Source of the DNA: Enoplolaimus lenunculus
Taxonomy: Eukaryota
Direction of reading: 5' to 3'
Assembly: GCA_030248215.1 (NCBI GenBank)
Contig: JASANG010001276.1
Span: forward strand, 186,001 to 250,000
Length of the DNA: 64,000 bases
The position numbers were made by a program, and so were the translations under genes. Within the stretch, counting starts at the first letter, position 1. Every line of letters starts with the position of its first letter. The notes beneath the pieces were generated by a model, which was given only the letters and a program-made list of their open reading frames with translations, had not been told where the DNA came from and did not search any database. Below are positions 38,701-49,400 of this stretch, piece after piece.

Positions 38701-41700
38701 TTTCAATTTTATTGCATGATTTTTCTTAACGTTGGTAGAAGCCTATCAGCGAGATGTGTACTATAAACGTAATTATCGTTTGACTGCTTACATCTTGCGC
38801 TCTGTGTATAACAACTATTGTAGAAATTTTGGGAGAAGATCTCGATGAGGAAGGCGATGCTGATTCTGAAGCCGAACCAGGTTAATAGTTTTAAACCAGT
38901 GCAGTTGTGTTAAATGGAATTACGTTTACTTAGCAGCAAAGACTTTTGCAGTACTATTTTCAAACTGGTTCTCAGCGCTGTATGTTGTATGGCATGGATG
39001 GCCCTAAACTTAATTTATAAAGAAATATTGCTTGAATTGCATATTTTACTCTGACCACTAGGCACGCGATTATGCAAACTCTGCGCTACAACAGCTCTTA
39101 ATCGTTTGTTTGATACTGTAAGTGTTACACGTATATGAATACATTGCGAAATCTGTTCACTGGAGAGTACCTGCACACTTCCCAAACGATATTGTATAAT
39201 TTTGAGTTAACGAACAGTCACGGACAGAATTGAGTGCAACCGCGAGCGACCAAACGCGGTTCGACTCGCAATTGCTCGCATGCACGACAGCGATCGCTTG
39301 ACACGCGGTTAAAATTGCGGTTTTAGACGCAGCTAAAATTGCGGGTAAATCGCATCTTAAACCGCGTTTGTGCCGCAATCACTGAAAAACTCTGACTCGG
39401 CTACAAAACCGCAACCCCAGTGGATGCAATGGCGGTTTCTGTGCGCTTAATTCTGTACGTGACTGTAGTTCTATGTGGACCCTTTACAAAACGTTTGTTG
39501 CGCTTATGTTTGACACAAACAACCCATAACGTACGATTTCTATTCCTCCTTATTATAATAGTTAAAAATGTGGTAGTTCACTTGCTAAATCTAACAGATT
39601 AGTTTTCACGGAATTTGTATGTGTCTGTGCTGTATATCAATTAAATGAGCTTAGGGAAATATTACTAATATAATCATGGTTTCTATCATTCAACTTTTGA
39701 TTAACCAGAAATACACTACATCCCTTGATTTAACTTTTAGAAGCAGCGTCAGAAGCCAAAACAACAGTTATTGACAATACTGAAACTAATTTAGTTGCAT
39801 TTCGGCGCACCGTATACCTAGTAATTCAGTCATCATTGGACTTCGAAGAGTGTGTCCATAAACTGTTGAAAATGCAGATTGCACCTACTATGGAGGTCAG
39901 TTTGAAAACTTTTGTTTTCGCTACTCAGGTACTTTTCATCATGTAATTCTTGTTATTCTTGTTTGGTAACACTTAATAGATAGAAGATGTGGCATGCAGG
40001 GCTAGCGTTTCTTTTAACTTTTCATTTAGGTTTTAATGTTTGCGCAAGAAGTTGTTGCTGAATGCAAACTACGATATCGATATGTTTATTATGCTTATAT
40101 TTTTTTCAGAGAGAACTGTGTAACATGATTCTGGATGCTTGCTGTCAGCAGCGAACCTATGAATCGTTTTATGGGCTAATTGGAGAGGTTAGTATATATT
40201 GCTGTGAGAAAGGCGATACAGATTAATTGAGTTCCCTTGTATGCTACTGAGAAAACGTACAGGTATAAAGTATATAAATTTAGTAGCACTTCAACGAGCG
40301 TGTGGGGTAGTTTGTGTCGTATTGTTGCGACATAAATTTTAAAAACGCGTCTATTAGTGATTGCGCCAACAGAACTTATCGTGATAGCTTTAGACGTATA
40401 TTATGCAATTCCTGTTTTTGTGGTTGTGAAGAAATTTCACGTAATTCGATATAATGTCAAAAGAATATCGTTAATCATGATAAATGTTTCGGTTTATTAA
40501 CGCTGTACCTTTGAACGTATTTTACCTTCAGAGAGGAACCAAGCAGTGAGGTTTAGCCGTAATATGGTTTGGATTCTACTTACTGATTTGCAGAGATTTT
40601 GTCGCTTAAAACGGGAATATCAGCAACACTTTGAAGAAATTTTCAAAGGAACGTATGACGTAACACATCGATTTGATGCTACAAAGCTGCGTATTTCAGC
40701 AAGATTTTTTGCTCATTTACTGCATACAGATGCAATATCGTGGAAAGTAATGATAATAATTTGCATATTTTGGACTTGTTAGTATTTGACGCTACAAGTT
40801 GAGCATTTTTTGGTGTATAAAACTCGCATTATAAATGGGTTGCGTTCTTCTGCCTTGATTATTTTTATAACGTTTATTAATGTGCATTTTAAATAATGCA
40901 CGGTACTGGTTAGTTCGGCCGATAATAATTTTGATGTGTATAAAATTCCGATAGCTGGTCTTAAGTCCAAACAGGATTTTGGAGTAATCTGCTTTCTGCC
41001 ACTACCTTTACATTATGTATTTATTAAAATCGAACATTGTATTGTATTTATTTAGGTTCTTGGACACATACGCTTGGATGAAGATAATACAACCTCGGCG
41101 GGTCGCATTTTTATTAAAATCTTATGGCAGGAAATTGCCGAATTTCTTGGACTGGAGAAGTTGAATGAGCGCATCGATGACGCGTAAGTGTTTTTATGAA
41201 GTAGCACTGGTTATACGTTTTCTCAATTTTTGAACTTAAAAAGAATGTTTCTACCGCTTAGTTATGTAGTATTAAATTATTGTAATCCTTATTGAGCCAC
41301 AGAGCAACACGGTTCATTTATACTTTCTAGTGGTTAGAGATTTTTGGCTTGCTGAGTTTATTTAGAAGCGTGAATGCTTGGTGCGAGAAATAAAGTTACA
41401 CAAACTTTTACGCGCGCTCCAGGAATCGCCGATGCGTTATAAAATAGACGAGCGGTGTTCTAATTTTTTTGGTTTCTTTTCCGTAAGGCCTTTAAGAAGC
41501 GCAGCCAATGTATTCGAAAATGCTAGCGTGGTTGCAGGGGTGGTGGCATTGTAGCTGCATGTGCACATTATTTTGTACCAGGTCAAAACTGTTATACAAA
41601 ACTATTTTTAAAGGACGATTCAAGAAGCGTTTGACGGCATTTTCCCTCGAGATAATCCACGTGACACTCGTTTCGCCATCAATTTTTTCACATCAATCGG

Positions 41701-42490
41701 ATTGGGGTCTTTAACGTATGTTTCATAGGTTTACAACTTTTGTTTTTGGGTTATTATTGGTTTTGTTAAAAGTAGTAAACTATGATAGTAAACTGTGATA
41801 GTATGTGCTGGCTTAACGCCACTGCGTAGAACTGATAGTTGTATTTGAATGATTAAACTTTTTTCGCCCAGTGTTATTTTGTTACCTGTTTTCGCCTTGA
41901 TGCGCAAGTCCTAATTCACCATATTTTCTAGTTGTAATTATTTATTTTTCTTTTTGGATTAATTTAATAGGTAGGTTAATTTATTTTTAGCGTGGGACTG
42001 CGTAATCATTTGGCTTCTGGGCCTACAAAGCAGCGTGCCGTAATGCCAACAATACCAGGTAATAGTGGTGATGATTACGACAGCAATAAATCAAGAAGTG
42101 GCGATAATGATGATTATGATGATGATGATGAACAGAGCCCAGCTGGATCTGTTAGTGGCGAAAATGATAGAAGGAATTCTGAAGAAGGTAAGCTTGTCTT
42201 ATGTTAATAAATATAATTTTGCTATGTTATGTATAGTTTCGAGAAAGATCCTTCAAAACACAGGCTCAAAAAATTGTATGTTTCAGTGCTCAGAATTTTG
42301 TTTAATGTTTAGAATTGAGATTTGAATGAGTTTCTCCTGGATTTGTGCTGCAATTTTTGTTTTAGAACGAAAGCGAGCGAGGAAAGCAAAGAAAGCCAAG
42401 AGAAAAGCAAAGAAAGCGAAAAAAGTTGAAAAACTTAAACGGAAAGAACGCAGAAGATTGAGAAAACAGCGAGTTTATGGGAGCGACTGA
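32779..42490 (+). CDS. CWC22: Pre-mRNA splicing factor CWC22 (MIF4G + MA3 domains; nematode let-858 orthologue), 16 coding exons
   Basis: Exons: 32779-33548, 34908-35036, 35325-35418, 35984-36112, 36648-36783, 37039-37142, 37635-37737, 38034-38096, 38824-38880, 39741-39895, 40110-40187, 40594-40746, 41056-41183, 41614-41715, 41991-42187, 42366-42490. Motifs: [98 protein letters not shown] at ~42533. Confidence 0.96.
34214..34610 (+). mobile_element. Complete hAT-like MITE in CWC22 intron 1
   Basis: TIR CAGGGTGCAACCGGAATT / AATTCCGGTTGCACCCTG. Perfect 8-bp TSD CTTGTAAC. Confidence 0.93.
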
Positions 42491-42843
42491 ATACTGTTTG
42501 TTTTTCTTGTACGTTGCGTTGGTATTATCTAAAATAAAATATACGACGTCTGAAGGATAAAATTGTCAATTACACTTGAGGATTGCATTGTTTCAATAGT
42601 TTGAATTTTTGACGAACGCAAAATATCATAAGTCTGGTCAACATGTAAAGAGCGTGTGCATACGCTTATGCTACTGTTACACCCCTCAGATATGTATCGG
42701 CCCATTTATTTATTTAAATGAAATAATCGTTTTAGCTCGAGTTTATGTCGGAGGTTAAATAAATATATAGAAGCTTGTTGGAAAGACCGCATAACATTGA
42801 GTTGAACTCTCAGCTCAGGGGTAAGTGCGCGCATGCATTTGTT

Positions 42844-43009
42844 GCCCATGTAAAGATCATGGTTGCAACTGTTTTCTGCATGATTGCCATAGAGTAAATA
42901 AGCTTAAGCATTAGATATATTTTTTGCTTAAGCTAGGCTATGATATAAGCTTATTCTTAGGCGTAGGAACAGGCTTATTACTGATACAACCATGTTCTAT
43001 ACATTGGTC
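42844..43009 (+). mobile_element. GGCC-TIR MITE (diverged)
   Basis: gcccatgtaaagatc...gttctatacattggtc, flanked on both sides by CATTTGTT. Confidence 0.75.
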
Positions 43010-43553
43010 CATTTGTTTTTGTAAAATCATAAATCAGATGTTAAACTTACCTTCATAAAGATGACTATTGTCTATTCATTCCGAGCTGATGCGGTTTAAC
43101 CGAACATTACCACTTGTGTTTTCGATAAGAAGTGAAATTTCTTGCAAAACACATTATGAGTACTATGTTTAAAAATTGCGATTCTACACAGCTTTTTGTA
43201 CACATTCTTTGAGACGCTCTGTTATTTTAGCGATGTTCTCTTTTAAAATTAAAAGTACGCTTTGGATCTAAAAGCCATCCAGCGCAGGTTTTTTTGTTGC
43301 TTTTAGGGTTCGCTGATTATGTCGCTTTAAACCACCAAAAAGCTATTGCCCCTTTCGCACATTGTCTAATATTTCTCTGCCCAATTTTTCCGGCGCCAAG
43401 TATACTGATTTGAAAGACTGTTAACATATCGCAACTGCTCCAATTAATCGCTTTACATCCATGAATTCTAAAGCGTGCTTGACAAAACATTTTGTACGCG
43501 TTTTAATAAGTTGGTGTCCTCAAAAATATCCCACTGTAAAAAACAAAATGTGG

Positions 43554-44170
43554 CAGGGTGCAACCGGAGGTGAAAAACACCACAGCCGGATGTGAGGCGA
43601 AATTAGATAGTAAAAATCAGGGCACAACCGTAGGTCGTCCGGCTCCGGCAGAACATCGGCCTAAATTTTGCATAATTCTTATAAATTTATCTGTTTAGCG
43701 CGTTTCGATTGACTTTTGTCACAATTTTCATGAAAGAATTGCCGAAATTTGGCAGAAAATTAGCGTGAAACCAAACCACTTAACAACATTTTGCAGATAT
43801 TGGTTAAGATTAACTAAATTAACCATAACTTTTACTACTTAATTTCGCCTCACGTCCGGCTCCGGCAAGTTTCGTTGACCTCTGGCTCCGGCTCCGGTAT
43901 TTTTCACCTCCGGTTGCACCCTGGTAAAAATGATCTTTAATTAGATAATTGTAGTCAACATCTGCAACATGTTGTTAAGTAGTTTGGTTTTACGCTGATT
44001 TTCGGCGAAAGTTCGGAAATTCTTTCCTGAAAATTGTGACAAAAGTAAAACGAAACGCGCCAAACAAATAAATTTTGCAAAATATTACTACCGAAATTGC
44101 CGGAACCTCCGGCAAAAATTCTTTCGGAGGCAGAGACCGATTTTCCGCCAGAGCCGGAGGGACAACCAAT
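43554..44170. mobile_element. Two nested hAT-like MITEs of the same family (inner copy 43618-43923)
   Basis: The inner copy is flanked by the TSD GTAAAAAT. The outer copy resumes at 43932, collinear with the copy at 26179-26580. Confidence 0.85.
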
Positions 44171-44769
44171 TGATGAGGGCATCGTTTTTTTTCCATGAGA
44201 ACCTTTCCAGATTTAATAAACTTCACTGTACTAATAAAATCGAAACTTAAATACAAACAAACATGTTTGGCCCATGTAAAGATCACGGGCGGAACGCTTT
44301 TCTGTATGACTGCGATAGAGTAAGCTTGGGCTTTAGTCCTAGTGTTTTGCTTGGCTTAGGCTTAGACTTAGGTTCGGTATGAAATCGAATGACTATATTC
44401 AATCAGGGTGTAGTCGGATTTCCATTTGCAGTAAAAATCGTCAGTTTCCGTTATTGACATACCGGATATTTAGTTAATTTTACGCTTAAGATTCATGCAT
44501 AAATAACGTACATGTTGCAATTTTCCATACAGATAAACATTATAATTGTTTAAAATGAAATATAAATTACAAAAATTATCCAAAACCTTAAAAAAATTTT
44601 GGTTGTATTCCCCTTCTGAAAGAATTTTAGCCCTCCTAGTAGCAGGTGAGTTAGCTACGGGCCTGATTATGCCAGCTCACAATCTTTGAAACAAACTTTT
44701 TTATTATCCATTTCCGCAGTTTTTACCATCTGTTTATCCTGGTATTCATTCATTTTTCATCCTAACTAG

Positions 44770-44990
44770 GACCAATGTTACTTTTAGGGCCATAACAGTA
44801 GATTAAGCGTATTTTCAACCTAACCCTAAGCCTGAGCGGTGCAAAAGCGTATTTCTAAGCCTAACCCTAAGCCTAAGCGTTGCAAAAGCGTGTTCCTTAG
44901 CCTAAGCCTAAGCAAAAAAAAAATGTAGTCTAGAATGGAAGCCTACTCTTTTACAGATCCATCAGAAACCGGGACGGCCTTATGGGGCCC
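44770..44990 (-). mobile_element. GGCC-TIR MITE with CCCTAA/GCCTAA repeats, just downstream of the CC2D2A stop
   Basis: gaccaatgttacttttagggccataacagtagattaagcgtat is shared with the 25078 copy. Confidence 0.75.
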
Positions 44991-45058
44991 TAAAACTAGT
45001 TGCACGTATAAACAGTTAGTTTATAAAAAAGCAAGGACGATACTGGTTTGTTTTGTTT

Positions 45059-46346
45059 TCATCGTTTTCGAATTAACGACGCCAAGTAAATCCACACTGA
45101 CATTATGCCGTTTGCATACGGATGGATATGAACCGCGAGAACAAACTCAACGTCCGGATGCCAATTATGATGTACAGACGTTGCACGGACAGCATCGAGT
45201 AAATGATGCATTGTGCTGTAGCCTTGATTCAATGGAAATCCACAAATCTAAACGTGATTTGTAAATGTAGTGTTGGCTGTTTATATAGTAGGGTACAAAA
45301 TGAAAATTACAAGTACCTGTCACGGTAAAAACTGCCCCCCCCTGACAAATTTTAACCGTAACAGCTGTGTCTCCGAACAATTTTCATCGTTGAAATCTGT
45401 GCCATCTTGAAAAATTTTAATAATAATTCGTTAACCAATCGTCTGATTGCGAAAGGAAAAATCCATATTTCAAGGGCAGCTTTTTTCAGCTCAGAATCCT
45501 CAGAATCAAAGCTATGTCTACCGACGGCAGCTTGATCGGGGTCTTTGTGCCCAGATCTAATTCCCAAAGTTTTCGCGCAGCCCGAGGCTCATACATTCTC
45601 ACAGTATATGAATCAAGCTGTTCAAACCTATTTTCTACTAAGATTTAGAGGCGCTGAATGCAGTGACATATGTACAGCATTAATTGAGAAATTGAAGGAG
45701 ATATAACATAGCTACCAGGGTACAACCGGAGATCTGCCTCCGGCTCCGGCAGAAAATCGGCTTCCCGCTCCGGCTCAGGTACAATTTTTGCCGGAGGTTC
45801 CTGCAATTGCGGTAGTAAAATTTTGCATAATTTTGCAAAATTTATCTGTTTCGCTCGTTTCGTTTTACTTTTGTCACAGTTTTCATATATATAAAAGAAT
45901 TTCCGAAATTTCGGCGAAAACTAGCGTAAACCCAAACAACTTCATAATATATTGCAGATATTGGCTAAAATTGAATACTAATTAACTATCACGTTTACTA
46001 CCAAACTTCGCCTCACCTCCGGCTCCGGCTCCGGTATTGTTCAGTTCCGGTTGCACCCTGATAGCTACCTTATATGATTCCAACACAGATTCCAGCGCTT
46101 TGTGATGTTGAGCTTCATTATCCGCAGATGTGGTTTCACTCCGTTGTACTGCTGTTGCTTCAAGCCTATAATGAAGTATAATTTGTATAAAACGCAAAAG
46201 TTACCGGCATTTTCATCAAATTCGAAGCAAACATAAAAGCAGACTTAAAATTCATCCGATCGTTCAGTTATAAACTGAATACATAACTAGCAGTGTGTCA
46301 AACTTTGCAACAAACTAACAAATCAAATTATCCAAGAATTATTGAC

Positions 46347-46410
<64 letters not shown>

Positions 46411-49400
46411 GCTCACGTCGGCAACAACTGTCTACAAGCTTGGCTTGCATATCGGTTGAATCGATTGATTGAATGAGGTCGCCAAGACATAAAGCGTTCT
46501 TTGATCGTTCGTTCGATTCGCTCTTGCAGTTGGTGCACGCTTGCGCGTTCAGGTAGCGTATACACAAGAGAATTTGGCTGTAAACACAATGATTTTAGCC
46601 TGCATTCATAAAATTTAACTATAAACACGAATTAATTGGTTGCGAAATAAGAGTTTCAAGCACTTTAATGTCCACGTGTATGGTTATGTCTCACATTACA
46701 TCCACTATGCACATACACAAATACACCACGTATCCCAATAGCTAGATGGATCTTCAAGTACGCGGAATTCTGGTTGAATTGCCATGGTACCTGAACAGAC
46801 GGTAAATCTGGCTTTGGAAATTTTGAATGAAACAACGGTTTCCAAAGGTTCGTCTTTGACGCGTCAAACGACATCATCGATGGATGATCGACAGGTTGAA
46901 TGTTGGCCCAAATCTGAAATTTGCTTGCAATTGCAGCTAATGCAACAACAACTAATCTGTATATTAAAGCTGGAACGCTCCACATACGTATTTTGGGCAA
47001 CGTTCCAGCAAACTTCAGAACATATGCCAAAACCCAAGGTCAGTTGCGCATGTATGCAACTACGTATTACAGTAAAACAATAAAGAGGATAGTTGTATTT
47101 GAATCTGTATATTAAAGCTGCAACGCTCCACATACGTATTTTGGGCAACGTTCCAGCAAAATTTTGAACATATGACAAAACCGAAAGACAGTTGCACATG
47201 TGTGCAACTACGGATTACTAGTAAAACAATAAAGAGGGTAATTATATTATAATTTATAAACCCTTCAACAACACGTGGGGGTTTGCTTGTTTAGTGCAAA
47301 TTAGCACCGTTTCACGATGGCACATTGGAACAGCAGCAGCATGGGGGTGTGGGCCGTTCCCCCATTTGTACGGCCATATTTTAGAAACGAGCCATACAAG
47401 AGAAAATAAAACTATGCATCAGTTGCTGTGTACCACCGCAATAACATTTCGTGGTTGTTACATTTTCACTCGTCGCCATGGTGCCAACAATTTCCAGCGG
47501 ACATAAAGGATCGATAGAATCGTAGACTTCACCGGTAGACGGATTGTAGAGATATTCGCCGGCAGTAATTGTCGGTCGAACGATTACGTATGCAGCACGC
47601 GGTCCTTCAGGAAATCCGTTGCCGAGCAACAGTCGAGGTTGTAGTCCAAGTCCGTCCAGCCAACAGTACAACAGAACCGCATGCTCTTCTTCGTCACCGC
47701 AAAGCATTGAAAGAAATTGCTAAAATAAGGCTTTGGATATCGATGTATAATAATAGGAATAGTCGACAATGAAAAGGGTAGTGTGTTTTTATACAATGGA
47801 TTGATCTGAACTCAAAACACGTTGACAGTAGTGTGAAAAAAGTTTTCAGCCGTAAAATTGTCAGAGTGCTTGTACACTTTCCCTTCACATTTAAAGGTCA
47901 GGCTTAGGCTTATATGCTTATGCTTATTAGGCTTTGGCTTAAAGACTTTAGCAAAGTTTAGGCAAACGCATAAGAAAACGTTTCCCGAAACTTTGCTAAA
48001 GTCTTTACCTAAACCGAAGCCAAAGCATGAGCATATAAGCTTAAGACTGAACTTTAAATGTGAACAGAAAGTGTACAAGAACTCTGACAATTCTACCGCT
48101 GAACGCATTATTCACATTTAAAGTTCAAGCTTAGGCTTATATGCTCATGCTTAGGCTTTGGCTTAAATACTTTAGCAAAATTTAGGCAAACGCTTAAGAA
48201 AGCGTTTTTCGAAACCTAAGCCTAAAAGTTTGATCCTAAAACCTGAGCATATAAAGGCGAAAGTGTACAAGAGCCATCGTTAGTTTTGTAACAACTTAGG
48301 CAACGCTTAAAGATAAACGTGATACTTACATCACAAGTACTCCAGATATCGCAAAGTCCTGGAAACAATGCAGGATCGGCAATAAACGGTATTAATGAAA
48401 CAATGCGACAAGCGAGGTCCTGAAATAAAACCGACCCGTATACAGCTCGTATTCCTAGAAGGGGCTGCTAAAAATGTTTTAGCAGGGACATACAAGTGTG
48501 ATAGATGGTTTGCCGGCGAGGCTGCAATTTTTCAAAGGGGCGGGCAAAATGGTTCTAAAGGAACCCAACAACATTTTTTTTGTTTCGTCTATACATTTTA
48601 TGCATAATGTGAGTTTAAGCTGTCGCAAGCATGTATTTGAAATAAGCTTTTTAATACCTACTTTTGACATAACCGCTAAGGTATTCGGAAACCGTTATTT
48701 CGTAACACAATTAAAATATCGTTGGTATTTGATGTTTTTGCCAGAAATCTGGCCAAGCATCATTCAAATATTTTTCATATTCATCTGTTGAAAACCTATC
48801 TGTACGGAGTGCAAATTGTTTTCGTTCTCTCTCGTTAGTGTTGTTGAAATGTGAAATTTAATGTTTAACCCCTTCTCACATAGAGTTGCCTATAGGCAAC
48901 TCAGCGCAGTGTATATACGTTAAATAATATATATCGCACAGTATTTAACAATTGCAGCACGTATACATAGTACTAAATCACCACAAGACGTGACAGCCTC
49001 CTCGGGCTCGAGCGTCAAGCTCCTATAGTTGTGAGTGGGGATGGTAAACGCCTCCCACTCCAGTCACTGGAGTTCGAATCCTAGCATAAATGTAGGACTC
49101 AAGGGAAATACAAAATATTCATGTGATAAAGGGTTAAACGAAAAATTTTCAGTTTACTATCTATAACCCATTCTCACTTTGAGTTGTCTGTAGGCAACTC
49201 AGCGCAGTGTATATACGTTAAATAGTATATATGGCACCGTGGTTAACAATTGCAACACGTATACATAGTACTAAATCAACACAAGACGTGAGAGCCCCCT
49301 CCACGTATACATAGTACTAAATCACCACAAGACGTGAGAGCCCCCTCAGACTCGAGCGTCAAGCTCCTATAGCTGTGAGTGGTGATGGTAAACGCCTCCC

